From: Lingula anatina | Lineage: Eukaryota > Animalia > Brachiopoda | Reading direction: 5' to 3' | DNA length: 64,000 bases | Assembly: GCA_051362555.1 (NCBI GenBank) | Contig: CM120643.1 | Location: 27,160,848-27,224,847 of the forward strand | The notes under the pieces: model-generated | Seen by the model: the letters and a program-made list of their open reading frames with translations, nothing else | Told to the model about the DNA's origin: nothing | Database searches by the model: none | In this document: positions 36,060 to 50,398 of the stretch, piece by piece | Layout: each line of letters begins with the position of its first letter | How positions within the stretch are numbered: the first letter of the stretch is position 1 | Program-made: the position numbers and the translations under genes

Positions 36060-38110
36060 TAGACACATTTCATAGAGAGATGTAGTCGTTTGTGTTCTTT
36101 TATAATCGCCGTCTTACATTAATTCCTTCTCTGAAGTTGTAATTCCATTCACCACTCCTTCGTCTAAGTTTCTATTGTCAAGAATTAACAAAGACGTAGG
36201 GAAAGTTAATTAGACCAATTAGTGTGCTTTATGCGTTTTAACTGTTCATTAAATTATATTAAAGATAAATACATGTGTAAAGACCAAGCATATGTGTACC
36301 AATATAAATTCATTTAAGAAGCACCTGCAACAATATGGAATGTGTTTGTTAACTGTATTCGACAGGATGCCTATAGCTAACTGCAGCCAGTTTTCGATAT
36401 TTATTTATTTCAAAGTTATCTATTTGTTGGTATCCATCATATCTATATCCAACTATATCTCCATACTTCAAATCATTTTCGGATTTGGTAATCTTGTGAC
36501 CATTGAAATGTTTCAAAATATGTTTATTTTTTCTCCGAGATGATCAGATGTTGCACCTCGTTCGACAATTACCGCAGTGTACGACCTATGTCAAAATACA
36601 GGACCGGAACCTAGATCATCGACCTGACCACACGTAAACGTTTGCAGTGCAATGGAGGCATTACCTTGTACATAGCGTCACATGAGTACCCATCACGTGC
36701 CTAATGAAAGGTATTGACTGTATGATGGAAATGGATTCTTAATTTACATGTGTTCAGACATAAGCCCTCAGATAACTTCAACAAAAAGTTCATTTATAAG
36801 TACCCCAATTTGTTTCAAACACCACCGATATACTGGTTGTTTTGAATAGTAGTGACAAACAGCTTATTGATTTTCGTCATACCGCTTATATAATCATATC
36901 TAGTTTAGAGACCTTGAACATTTTTAGAATGTCAACCTCACAACACGTGTACGTTTTCATAACACTGGAGGCAGTAACGTGTACATAGATCTTCATTTAT
37001 AAGTACCCCATTGAATGGTTGTTTTAATGGTAATGACAAATAGCTTACCGCTTATGTAATCATGTCTAGTTTAGAGACCTTGAACAATTTTAGAATATCA
37101 ACCTCACCACACGTGCACGTTTTCAGAACACTGGAGACAGTAACACAGATAGCCTTGCTTGGACACATTTCATAGAGAGATAATCATATGTGTTCTTTCT
37201 TAATCGCCGTCTTACATTAATTGCCTCTCCAAAGTGTACACAACTCAGTTGAATTAATTTGTTTGTTATCCCCACTCCTTCCTCTAAGTGTCTATTGTCA
37301 AAAGATAACGAAGACGTCAGGGAAGTTCAGTCATAGGTATAAAGTTAGATCAAGTAGTGTGTTTTATACTTTTTAACTGTTCATTGAATTATATTAGGGG
37401 TAGATACATGTAAAAAGACCAAACATATGTGTACCCAAATAAATTCATTTAAGAACCACCTGAAAAAATATGGAATGTGTTTGTTAACTGTATTCGACAG
37501 CATGTCTAGCTAATTGCAACCAATTTTGAAAAAATTCTTTATTTCCAAGTTATATATTTATATATATCTATCATACACGGTATCTGTATCTAACTATGTC
37601 TTCGTACTTTACAGAACGCTCGTTTTTTTTCTTCGAGATGATAAGACTTTATGCCTTGTTCGACAATTACCCCAGAGTACGACCTATGTCAAAATACAGG
37701 ACCGGAACCTGGAATATTGACCTGACCACACGTAAACATTTGCAGTGCAATGACGACATTACCTTGTACATAGCGTCACATGAGTACCTGTCACGTACCT
37801 AATGAAGGTATTGACTGTATGATGGAAGTGGATTCTTAATTTGCATGTGCTCAGACATATGCCCCCAGATAACTTCAACAAAAAGTTCATTTATAAGTAC
37901 CCCAATTTGTTTCAAACACCGCCGATATACTGGTTGTTTTGTATAGCAGTGAAAAACAGCTTATTGATTTACGTCATGCCGCTTATATAATCATGTTTAG
38001 TTTAGAGACCTTGAACATTTTTAGAATGTCAACCTCACAACACGTGTACGTTTTCAGAACACTGGAGGCAGTAACGTGTACATAGATGTATCCATCACAT
38101 GCCCACGTAC
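36060..38110 (+). repeat. Tandem duplication (units of about 1.0-1.1 kb) between copies B and C, with nested shorter repeats
   Basis: About 36061-37150 matches 37161-38110; both begin GACACATTTCATAGAGAGAT. The module CAGCTTATTGATT..CGTCAT.CCGCTTATATAATCA..GACCTTGAACA recurs at about 36860, 37040 (partial) and 37955. Confidence 0.85.
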
Positions 38111-38369
38111 CCATGGAAGATATTGACTGTAAGACGGAAAAGTTCTGTTAGTTGGCATCTGCTTACTAAGAACAATAAGAATGATTATTGGACGCATTAT
38201 GAAGTAAGCCTTTGTAAACTATTGTGTATTCAGAGATATACACTCAACAGAAACCTCAATAGAAAGTCCATTTATTATCACCCATAATTTGGCTCAAACA
38301 TCACTTATTGACTGCTAAGTGTTTATCTGAATAGTAACGTGAAACGGAGCATTGGTTTCAGACACGTTT

Positions 38370-38395
38370 TGTTGCGTCATGCCGCTTATATAATC
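38370..38395 (+). promoter_or_regulatory. Candidate TATA box with upstream CRE-like site for copy C
   Basis: TTGCGTCATGCCGCTTATATAATCA lies just upstream of exon 1. An equivalent ATGACGT..CCTATATAATCAC lies before copy D (about 45622-45652). Confidence 0.45.
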
Positions 38396-38478
38396 ACAGC
38401 TAGAACATGGAACACATGCATTTCTATGGAAGACGACAAACGTCTCTTTCATTGAGTTCCTTGGATTCACTTGCAGGG

Positions 38479-41400
38479 ATGGAAATCTTAAGAATCCTCC
38501 TTATGGCCAATCTTATAACAGGTGAGTTTTATTTCCTAACCTTTTTAAGTATATTGGCACGCTTTAAAATATTTTCACCGAATTTGTATGCATGATCTAA
38601 TGACAGCTTCGTCCTATAGGTAACATAATTTATGACTCTGTATGTGAACTGATCAAACAAATTACGCGCTTGTACAAATCATATTTCTGACAGCTACACA
38701 GGGACATCCAGACATGGGCCGCCTGTTTCAATATGTTGGCAACAAAACGAACCACCTGTCCATCCCACTACCTGCCGATGGAGGGCCTCTGCCGGTTACC
38801 TTGAGAACAATTTTCACCGCTATATTTGACGTGGTGAGTAGCTATATACTTATGTCATAGTATCCACAGTCAGTACGGGTCTGTCAACTTTTTATTCGGT
38901 AGAGACGACGCTGTGCTGTACTCAGTATATATCTAATGTTGTTGTTTTCATGCTTTTATAGTAATAATGTATAAGAACGCATACATAGCAAGTGAGCTTC
39001 AATCCTCGACTTCTTCAGTACATTACTAACCACTGATGTATTTGGGCCAGTCATTGTCAATATATTTATATTTATGAATACTGGTTCAATATGCATGTGT
39101 ATGTTTAATGTATGTCATTCTCATACAAGCAAATATAGTCCTAAAACTACTTTTCACCTTAAAGTATTTATCAGCGTTGTTTATTTTAACTTGCAATTCA
39201 GGACGAAATCCATCAGACACTTACCTCCAATATCTGGTTTTTCATGGTAAGTCGACCATCTTCTAAGCAGTTACTGCATTGGTAGTGTTGCCAGAAATCT
39301 TTTACCCAAGTTTAGGTTCTAATAACTTGATCGCACTATCTCTCCAAAATTACAGATACATGAAATGGATATGTTAATTCCTACAAAAAAGCAACGATAT
39401 AAAAAAAACAAAACGTATCTGTAAGCGGCAGTTAAAACTTAATCACATAAATGGCACTACTTGTTTACTAGAAAATATATCAAAGTCATCAAAACGTGAG
39501 GAAAATGTGTTTGTGGGCGTGCGTTAAAGCACTCATACATATATATACAAAACGCGTTCTTTGTCTTGTTTAGTAGCTTTATCACATGTCTAAGTAACCT
39601 TGTGTTTTACAGCAATGGACAGATGACAGACTAACATGGAACCCAGCAGACTTTGGGAACATTTCTCTGATATCTTTGCCCGTATATATGATATGGACGC
39701 CACATGTAGAAATCTTTAACGCGTACGTTTTTTTTAATTGTCACTTACATAAATGTTACCTAAAATAAAAACGCAACTTATCTTAATATTAGCTGCCAAA
39801 GTGCGTTTCCTGCGATTTGTTGAAAGAGGGGGAAATTTTGCCACAAACTAGCAATTAATTCATCATAAATAGGCCATTAAAATTTCTTTAGCTTTCTTTA
39901 GCTGTGTATTTCTCATGAGTCAACAATGTTAAATGAACTTTGTTTGTTTCATTTTCAGCGCAGACGGAAATCCGCTGCTTTACAGTGCCTCGTTTTCAGC
40001 CGACGAGATCGAGTGCAGATTAAGATCCAATGGCGCCGTTTTATGGGCGTCACAACGCAGTGCGTCTAGCACGTGCGCCATAGACGTTTACTATTATCCA
40101 TTCGACTCCCAATCGTGTGAGCTCCGCATCATTCCCCCAACTACACCGAATAGATATATCAATTGGACAGTAAAGACACCTACGGATGCTACTAAAGGCA
40201 CTTGGAAGTCTTATTCGGGTTGGCAAATCACCAGTTTGAATCATTCTGCCGAGCACATCTATGACTCAATATCTCAGACAAGGATGTCTCTCATTGGACT
40301 TCATATAAACATCCATAGACTTCTTTCGTTCTTCTCACTTGCAATTTTGATACCTTCAGTTCTCCTTACAGCACTTACTTTGGGTATGTTCTGGGTTCCT
40401 CCTCAGTCGACTGATAAAATGTCCATGGGTATGTGCAGCAGTTCATATATTTCATCATTCTCAAAGTTCTCAAGTCGTCTTTTTATTATAATGCTTAGCG
40501 ATAAAATCAGTACTAATTCCTAGTATAAAACATCATGTGAATCACAAAAAATATTCCGTTTTAAATATTCTCCCTTTATATACAAAACCAATGTCGTCTC
40601 ATCCTTTTCTTTTGTTAGAATAAATTTTCTCAATAGAAATTATAATTCTGCTAAAATATTACCCACATATGAAATGCTGAGATTCGCTTTTGATCAATCG
40701 AATGAGCTAAAATGTTTTAAATGTAGAATATTATGTCAAGCAATGCTTTCCAAACGAAAACAGTATTCTACTACGATTACAATTGGAATTCATTGTATTG
40801 CAAGTGGCCTTTAAGAAACAACCCATACTCAACAAAATTATCAGCATGTATAATAGTATGTAATACAAAATAACAAAATAACGGTTTCGTTCTAGGAATG
40901 GCCATATGGACGTGTCTCTGTGTGAGCCTACTGGTTTTGGTCGGGATTATACCTGGCGGCAGCGGAATTATGCCCCTAGTAGGTGAGCAAGCGCAGTTGC
41001 ACTAAGCACTTTGCATGCAATATATACCAGTATTATGCAAACATGATGGACAGTTTTGATAAATCTAAATACAGAATCTAGGATCCCCATAATATTTCCG
41101 TTGTGTTTCAGCGATTACATATTCTCAATACTTTCTCATCTCCAATGACGCTATTAACTTGTGCTCTTCAGGTACCTTCTTCATCTTGAATTTGGCACTG
41201 GTCACCATTGCGATGATCATCACGATTAGCACGACAAGAATGGCGGAGAACTGCACCCCCGTGCCACGGTGGCTCAGCAAGGTGAATTACACCTTTAAAT
41301 AGCTATTGATTTTTAACATTTAACTTTCTTAATAAGAACTGTTTATTTAAGTTAGTCAGTAGATTTTTGTCAATTCTGGTGAACTTTGCGGAACAATATA

Positions 41401-41771
41401 ATTCGTCGCAATTGGTCTATTTAATACAGACATACAATACGGTACATAAAGCCAAGCTATCTGATATATCAGTATTATTTTTGCATCAGGTTAGTAAGAA
41501 TATACTGGCGCCTTTGCTTTGTATGTGTGGCGGTCGTGCAACTGAGACGCGAAAAATCTATCTATCCACAATTTTAGTGGATGAATTCACCGTGAAGAAT
41601 CTCAGCACTGACAGCAAAGCAAGTTGTACCAACGGTGAAGAGGACAGACAAAAATACAGAGAAGAGTGGCAGTACATTGCGAGCATATTTGATCGGCTTT
41701 TCTTCTGGGTGTTTTTTATCGGGATAACCATTAGTTGTGTGTGGATTATAGTTGATTTTCTTGGGCGTTAA
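38479..41771 (+). CDS. Divergent nAChR-like Cys-loop channel subunit, copy C (about 428 aa, 8 exons)
   Basis: Exons 38479-38521 (in-frame upstream ATGs from 38407), 38694-38833, 39202-39246, 39613-39722, 39959-40428, 40896-40982, 41172-41281, 41490-41771. Cys-loop CAIDVYYYPFDSQSC; loop A WTPH; M2 TDKMSMGMAIWTCLCV. Confidence 0.9.
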
Positions 41772-42009
41772 GGTCTGGACATTCCACCATATAATTGTAT
41801 TGATAACGTTTGCTAGCCCACATGTTTTATAAGAGGCGTTAATTTGACAACATAGGACGCGTGGATTGAATCACACCGTATCTAATAATTCACCTTTCTA
41901 CTCTCCCAAAGAGACCTGCTCCCTTAATTTGTTCCATAGAAAACAAAAAGGTCAAACATAACCACCCCTTTCTTATGTGTTTTCTTAGTCCATTGCCTAT
42001 TTGAAAGAC

Positions 42010-44330
42010 CGAAACAACAGAATCAACTTCCATCATCACAAGTACAATTTTGAGAAAAAAAAGAGACAGCAAAGAGCATCAGTAATGTACACACACTGAA
42101 CAACAGAAGTGTCACCCCCTGAATCAGAGTAATCAAAGTTATTAACCTGAAGTGGCGGAATACATGTATAAGCAATGTAAGAATATCGATACAGTTTTAG
42201 TAATAACCGTTTCAATTGTAAAATTTGATGTTAATAAAATTATACCAGGAGCATATCAATTCACAGCCATTTATCTCCCCCAAAGTATTGGTTTAGTAGG
42301 GGTGACACTTCTATTGTCCAGTGTGTGTATTTCTATCAGTCATTATACTGGTGTAGCAAATGGAAGGTGTGGACTGGGCGCGAGATAATACCTCCCCCAA
42401 TGACACTATAACTACATTTAACATAAATTAGGGACATTTTCTATCGAATTAAATATTGACACTATATATTTACCTTGGTGATATACGCAATTCAACTCCT
42501 GGTTCAATAAAGCATGATTCATATGTTTTGTTACCATGTGAAAAGATATATATATCAAGAAAGGCATTTTATTCCATTGACCATTTATTCAATATTTGCT
42601 TGTAAGTTCTGTATTTTAAGAGTTTTTTCAAAGAAATGTATATTTGAGAACTTTTCTTATTCCCAATATTGTATATTTTATATATTTTATTGGTCACATA
42701 ATCATAAATGTTATCTTTATCTTATAGAAATTATTTTTATGTTGTAAGGTATTGTAAGATATTATTTATTATTAGATTCTTAAAACTAACAAATAGGTCG
42801 ATTGTTTATTGTTATTATTATTATTATTATTATTATTACGATCAAGACTCCAAGCATAAATCGTATGAACTGTGAGCATATGACCTGCGGTGCCACTGAG
42901 AGGTTTTAATAAAGTTCAAAGATGTTTCATTTGTGAATTTTTTTTATATTTTAAACTACAAAATAATATTTATTCTATTGCCAAAATCATTTTTTTTATT
43001 TGATTAACACTTTGCTAAAATATGCGAAGAGTCTGTACAATATTTTCGTCGGCTTTTCGTCGACATAACCCTTGACAAAGGAACACAGATCAACTGCATT
43101 TCTTTTCTAACACAAGCTCATATAGTCGCATACAGAGTTTTTTCTCTTTATTAAGCAAAGTTTCAAGAACATGAGCGTGAGCAGTGGCGCCATGTTATAC
43201 CCACTGGTTTGCTTTCCCACTAATATCACATTCATGGGTCGATAACTCACGCATTTATCTAATTCACCAATCTGTTTGAAATACTTCACCGCAGATACAT
43301 TAGCGCCCATATAACATGTAAATATGACATGTAAAGGCCTTTTTAACATTTGATGCAATCTTGAGAGGACCATTAGTCTGTGATGGGCTTTTGTTAACAG
43401 TTTGGCAAACTATCACAGGATGCCAACTATCACAGATGTAACGAAACACTTTTAAGATAAAATGTTTGGATTGTAATTTGCACCTGGATTCCGAACAAAG
43501 CGATGCTCACTTCATCGCCCTGGGGAACTTAGAATTGAGTCACCTGTGTTTTAATCCTTTCTGTTGCTGTTTTTTGTTTCTAGTTTCCTAGTTCAAATAT
43601 ATTCTAAGTTTTTTATCTCCGATTGGGCGTGATGTCCAGTATCTAGCCATAGACACTGCATAATAATGTGACTTGGTGCCGTCTTATTGTCAGTTAGAGA
43701 ACGACTACGGTCAGGAAAGCAGTCATCATGAGGACAATTCTGTATTTCTCTTTGACACTGTTCGTCACAGGTAAATATATCGATCTCTTTATTTGTGGTT
43801 ATTCTTACATATGAAAGATATAACATTTCGTAATAATATTCACCTTAACCAAATGTTTTATTTATCTACGTGTATTTATCCTTTAATCTTTTTTATTTTG
43901 AACCTATAATTTGCATACACTTGTGTTCATTCATTTCTCCCTTCATGTATCTGTGTTCATTTTTCTTTCTTCTTGAACATTTGTATTAATCTTATCATAA
44001 TTTAATTCCTTACTCGTTTCCTCCCGTTTCTCGCCTTTCTCTCTTCCTTTAAACTTTTATTTTTATTTTGATATGCTGTTGGTATAACATTTGTATTAAA
44101 TAATTATAAAAGCTGTGATGATTTCCACATTTAAATGAGTTTTTTCAATCAATAGTTTTAGTAACGGGGCCTTTATAATTTGTATAATCCAATCATATGA
44201 ATGCCGAGAAATTTCAGCTACCACCTAAGGTTTTTTTTTTCTGAGGTTTTGAAACTATACACTATGACAGAGACATCATGTGTTAAAATTTGTCATGAAT
44301 CATTTGGCTACGTGCATTTCAAAGACTGTT
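42010..44330 (+). pseudogene. Truncated E/F-type receptor remnant: upstream region plus orphan exon 1
   Basis: Homologous to about 49070-51270 and 59780-62510. Exon 1 ATGAGGACAATTCTG...CACAG|GTAAAT (MRTILYFSLTLFVT) is intact at 43728-43770. Exon 2 and later exons are absent, although intron-2-like sequence follows at about 44150-44320. Confidence 0.75.
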
Positions 44331-45711
44331 ATAATAATAACAGTTATTGTTATTTGTAGGCAACCCAACGTTGGTTGGTAGATTTATAATACTAACTAAA
44401 TTAAATTAATAGAAAAATATGCTGGATATCAAAACATTTTCAAAAATTAATTTAAACATGCACTTACAAAAACTGCACAAAAATTAAATGTGTGCATGCA
44501 TTTAGAAGAATATGAAAATAACGAAAAATTTAACAATGACAAAGAAATAAAAATTACTGAGGCTCTCACTGTTCTCGTATTAGCACTTTATAGATATCTG
44601 TGTACTTCAAAGTCTATGAGGTTCACTCCGTGATGTTAAAATGTGGTGGATTTTGTGTTCACTAATGTTTGTTTTTAGACCAAACATTCAGCTACCTCTA
44701 CTTAAATCACATTGATGGCACTGAAATGTAGATCTTAACATATACTGTCTACTGTATTCTATTGCCAAGAGTTATTACTGGAGTCACGAATGATCAGTTA
44801 GACTAATCAGTGCTATTAAGTAAGACCAATTAATGCGCTTAATACGTTTTAAGTGATTTTCGCTTAAATCTGTGCATTAAATCAAATTAGACCATAATAT
44901 CTTTTTAAATATTGAAAAAAAACCCCTACCTCATGCCTGTCAAAATAAAAAGGTTGTTGACTGTTTTTGGAAACATGCGTATTTTCGGATAGTTTTTGAT
45001 GTTCGTATATTTTCAATTTATTTATTTATTTATCTATGTAACATTTACCTTTCATACTATAAAAAACGTTTATCCTTTCTACGCGAAGATCAAACTTGGC
45101 TGCATTTTATACCACTGTATTTGTCCAGATCCAGATCCTAGAGCATCGACCTCACGTTTTCAGAACAATGGGAAAAGTACATAGCCGCGTCTCTAATGTA
45201 CTCATCATGTGCCTAATGGAAGATATTGATGGTATACGACGACAATGTGCTGATTGTTGGTTCGAAGAACAAAAGAAAAATAAAATTATTATTGAGCGCA
45301 TTTTACACACTGGAATTCAGTTGTATCGTAAACTATTGTATATTCAGGCATATAACATCAGATAAATTTAACAGAAAATTAATTTATTATCACTCACAGA
45401 ATGTGTCAAACATCACGATGTCAAATGGCGATCTATATTTAAAGGCTGTCGTACTATTTCAGGAAAAATACAGTGTCATATAAGATACATAATAAGGAGA
45501 TACAGGTTAATGAATAGGGCTCCGCATATTTGAGGCTAATTATTTTCATTTTAAAATTACCTTTTTTTTTTTTACAAATTTTGCTGTAGCAGTCATACCC
45601 TTCACAGAGGGTGGTTTTAAGATGACGTTAAGATGCCTGGCCTATATAATCACAACAAGCATAGGACAATCATGCATTTCTAGCGTCCTTTTCCTCGATA
45701 CACACGCAGGG

Positions 45712-48545
45712 ATAGATGTCATAGGAATGATCAAAATAGCCAATCTGAAAAGAAGTGACATTGATTTTTTTACACTTTTTATTTAGTATAATGACACGTT
45801 TTTAAATATTTGCGCCAAATGCGTATGCATGATCTTATAACAAATCCGACATATTGTTGCTTCATCTTACAAAGGTTTTCACTTTTCAATTAAAATTTTT
45901 GAATCTGTATGTGAATTGCTTAAATAAAATACGTGTTAGTACAAATTATATTGACAGCTATACAGGGACAGCTATACAGGGACATCCTGACATGGACCGT
46001 CTGTTTCAATATGTCGGCAACAAGACAAAGCACCTGTCCATTCCACTACCTGCCGATAGAGGGCCTCTGCCGGTTACCTTGAGCACGCTGTTCATCACCA
46101 TATTTGACGTGGTGAGTAACGTTGTGCTCTTGCCGTGGTATCCACTGTCAGGTTACGAGCCTGTCAATTATTTATTCGAAATATTCGTCACAATGCTGAC
46201 TTGGAATATTTTGACATTATTGAACACGCACGTAGCGGCTGTTGATCATGTCGAAAAGTTAAGCCTAGGTCCCAACGCACGGTTTTATAGGTTCCTTGCG
46301 TCCGGCTAGGACGTAGCTAGAACGCAGGGAAGGAATCGGGAAGGGTTCGTGCGTGAGGAGCACGTAGAAACTTTTCGACATGATCAACAACCGCTACGTG
46401 CGATCTAGCTACGTGCGTCCAAAACGTAGTTGGGACCTAGGCTTAACTCTTATATTTTGCAGCAATGGACAGATGACAGACTAACATGGAACCCAGTAGA
46501 CTTTGGCAACATTTCTCTGATACCTTTACCTGCACATATGATATGGACGCCGCATGTAGAAATCTTTAACACGTAAGTTTTCTCATTAATATTAACGAAA
46601 CCAAAGACTGAGAAAAAAGGGCAACTTATTGTGTACATGACATAGTTGACAAAGTTCGATATCTGGGATGCATTGGACTGAATACCTAGCCAAACACAAG
46701 CATTTGTTGCATTATTGATACACTAAGACAAAATGTTTAATGTTCTTTGCTTCATTTCAGCGCAGAAGATAACCCTATGCTGCACAGTGCCTCGCTTTCA
46801 TCAAACGACATCGAGTGCCAATTGAGACCCGATGGCGGCGTCTTATGGGCGCCTCTAGCCAATGCGCAATAGACGTTTACTACTATCCATTCGACTCCCA
46901 ATAGTGTCAGCTTCGTATACTTTCCCACACTCTACCAAACAGTTGTATCAATTGGACAGTAAACCCACCTACGGACGCTACTAAAGGCACTTGGAGGTCT
47001 TATTCTGGGTGGGAAATCACTAGTTTGAATCGTTCGGTACTGCAAGTGAAAGATGAAATATCTGGGACCAAGGTGTCTCTTATTGGACTTCATATAAACA
47101 TCCGTAGACTTTTTTCATTCTTTTCACTTGCAATTTTGGTACCTACAGCTCTCCTTACAGCCCTTACTCTGGGTATGTTCTGGGTTCCTCCTCAGTCGAC
47201 TGATAAAATGTCAATGGGTATGTGCAGCAGTTCATATATTTAATCATTATCGAATGTTCAAAGGTTTCAGTGTTTTTTTTCTCTTTCACGCTTAACGATA
47301 AACCAGCATAAATATCGAGGTAAAACATCTCGGGAAACTGAGCAATATTGCTCTGCAGATATTATTCGTTTATACCCAAAGTCAATGTCTTCCTTTAGAT
47401 GTATTAGAATTTTTAGAAATTAAATCTGCTGAAATTAATCACCATCAACGACCATTGTAAGTGTCCCAAAGAACTTTGAACAATTAAATGGGTTAAACTG
47501 TTTGAAATATCTGAAAATCAGTCAAGGAATGACTTTCACATACACTCTATGTACAATAATTTACTTCAAGTGAAACTGCTTCCAGCTAACTGCCACTTGG
47601 CATTTTGGTATTAAACCCCACCCTTCGGCATTATCAGTATGTTTAACAAGTAATTCCAAATAACTAATTTGGTTCTAGGAATGGCCATATGAACGTGTCT
47701 CTGTGTGAGTCTACTGGTTTTGGTCGGAATTATACCTGGCGGCAGCGGAATAATGCCCTTAGTAGGTGAGCAAGCGCAGTTGCACCATGCACTATGAATT
47801 TCATGCAAACATAATGGAATGTTTTATATATACTAGAATCCTCAAAAGTTCGTAATTTTTCTGTTGTTTTTCTTCTGCAAATAAATATTTCCGTCGTTTT
47901 TAGCGTCAATGACGATATATGACGATATTAACTTTCGCTTTTTAGGCACTTTCTTCATCCTAAGTTTGGCTTTCGTCACCATTTCGATGATCATCACAAT
48001 TGGCACGACAAGAATGGCTGAGAACTGCACCCCCGTGCCAGGGTGGCTCAGCAAGGTGAGTTGACATGTACTAGTTTATTGATGTGTTAACAATTACACC
48101 TTAATGACAAACTTTCCCTTTGTCAGTGAACAGATTCTTGTCATTTTAGATCTCACAATATTATTGATTTAAGTTACAATCTCTTCTGTTGAACTGTTCA
48201 TATAAAATACAGGGTATATAATACCAATTTTTTATGTATTAGGTTGGAAACAATATACTGGCGCCTTTGCTTTGTATGTGTGGCGGTCGTACTTTCAAGA
48301 CAAGAACATCTTATCCATCTACAATTTTAGTGGTAGAATCTGCTGAGAAGAATCTCAACACTGACAGTAACGAAGCTATCTGCGCCACCGCTGAAGAGGA
48401 CAGACGGAAATACAAAGAAGAGTGGCAGTATATTGCCAGCTTATTTGATCGGCTTTTCTTCTGGATATTTTTCATAGGGATAGCCATTTCTTGTGTGTGG
48501 ATAATAGTTGATTTTATTAAAGGTTTGGACATTTCAAACGCTTAA
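45712..48545 (+). pseudogene. nAChR-like pseudogene, copy D (closest to copy C)
   Basis: Start ATG changed to ATA (45712) and exon 1 donor degraded. Exon 2 at 45972-46111 has a 14-bp duplication at its acceptor. The 45-nt exon 3 is missing. Exon 4 46463-46572. Exon 5 46761-47217 has a deletion before the Cys-loop and TCG>TAG in the Cys-loop. Exon 6 47679-47765 has TGG>TGA at 47690. Exons 7 and 8 at 47946-48055 and 48243-48545. Confidence 0.9.
46257..46448. mobile_element. MITE, possibly PIF/Harbinger-like, flanked by TTAA/TAA
   Basis: Perfect 20-nt inverted ends AGTTAAGCCTAGGTCCCAAC / GTTGGGACCTAGGCTTAACT. Confidence 0.7.
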
Positions 48546-50398
48546 TGACGGATCACATATTTGAATTAATAACGTTTGCTAGCCCACATAGTTTGTAACA
48601 GGCGGTATTTGAAGACAACACGTGAATTGACTCTAATACTCTAATAACCCCTCCATTCGCTTACTTCCAGGGAGCGTCGAACTACGAGGGGTGGTCCATT
48701 TCTGCGTGGGTTCTCTCTTAGTATGATCAGGTTAACTGAAACACAAGCCTCCACAAGCAGCTACGGGATAATGAACAATAACTATCATGAAAGTTAATTA
48801 GCCCCTAGCAGTGCGAGGAGGACAGGTAAGCTTATCCTGCTGATTGCACTTTGCGAGAATCCCTGCAGAGTTGGGTCAATCAACGTAATCCGATGGTCCG
48901 TTTGTAAATGTGGCCATATATAGAGACCTGCTCTGTTCATTTCTTCAATAAAAACTTATGGAGAAGCAATTTAGACCAACATTTTATTTCCACCCCAAAA
49001 AGTTAAACATTATTGTCTATTTCTCGCGTATTTGCTAAATTTATAGCCTTAAGTAAAATCCTCGTAAAAAATCAATGAATCGACCTCCATCATTACAAGT
49101 AAACTTTCTGAGAACAAAAGAGTCAGTAAAATACATCAGTAATGCATTTCCTTCAGGCATGTTATTGGCATAACAATTGGAAGATATGGACTGGGCGCAA
49201 GATAATTCCTTCCCGAATAACACTTCAACTACATTTAGCATGATTTAGGGACGCATCAAATGACATTTCCGTAGGTTTAAATATTGACCGCACTTACGTA
49301 CGTTAAATACACAGTTTGATACGTTTTTGTGATATCTGATATGTGTATTTTGAAACCAAATGATAAGATATCCCCAGGAAGAGTATTTGTAACCCCGTGT
49401 CATTTACTGTTTCATAAATTAATGTTTGTTCTAGTATTTTATCCAAAAATATGATTTATGTTGTAAGTTTTAGTGCTGTTATTATTATTATTATTATTTT
49501 AAAAAGGCTTTTTTAAATAAACAAATAACATGATTGGGGTATCGTTATTATTATTCCTTGAGAACTACCTGACAAGGAAAGGTTTTAATCAATTGTATTT
49601 ATTTATAAAATTCTAATAAGATGTTCACAAATAATATAACATTAATGTTACTGCCAAAATATGGTCAACGGCATATACTAACAAAATGTGCAGTATATGC
49701 ATCAGTTGGATTTTCCGTAGACTCGTTCATCAATTGACAGAGGAAAGTCTTGCACTTGCCTTGTGGAAAGTCCATTTCTTTTTTTTTTAACAATCCCATA
49801 TAGTGACATGCATAGGTTTTAGGTGGGAAATGCATGAGTGGTGGCGTCAAACCAACTGATTATCTTTCCATCCATGGGACGATAATTCACGCATTTATCT
49901 AAATCACTTTTCTGTTTGAAACCCCTTTTACAAAGACCCAAAAGCATTGATCTTGTCATATAACATGTAAAAGCCTTTTTAAACATTTGAGGCAAATTTG
50001 AGAGGCCCATTAGTCTGTGATGAGCTTTTGTTAACGATTAGGCAAACAGGATGCCAAATATCACAGATATATCAAAACACTTTGAAGATTGAATGTTAGG
50101 GTTTCAATTTGCAGACGACACATGGGTTCCAAACAGAACGATGATCAATACATCACCCTGGGGAACTTAGAATTGAGTCACCTTTTTTTTAATTGTTTCC
50201 TCTCTGTCGCAGGCTGTTTTTTTTTTTTTTTTTTTTTTAGTTTGCTAGTTCAAATATATTTTAATGTTTTATCTCTGTTTGAGCGTGGTGTTCAGTATCA
50301 AGTTACGAACACTGCGTATTTATATGACTTGGTGCCCTCTTATTGTCAATTAGAGAACGACTACCGTCAGGACAGCAGTCAGCATAAGATCAATCACC

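Noticed and set aside
47690-47692. In-frame TGA in M2 of copy D as selenocysteine or readthrough
   Set aside because: It replaces a Trp codon, and D has several other lesions (lost ATG, missing exon, deletion, TAG).
49041-50010. Recurrent minus-strand ORFs shared with 59683-60814
   Set aside because: Explained by the segmental duplication; frames are broken differently in each copy.
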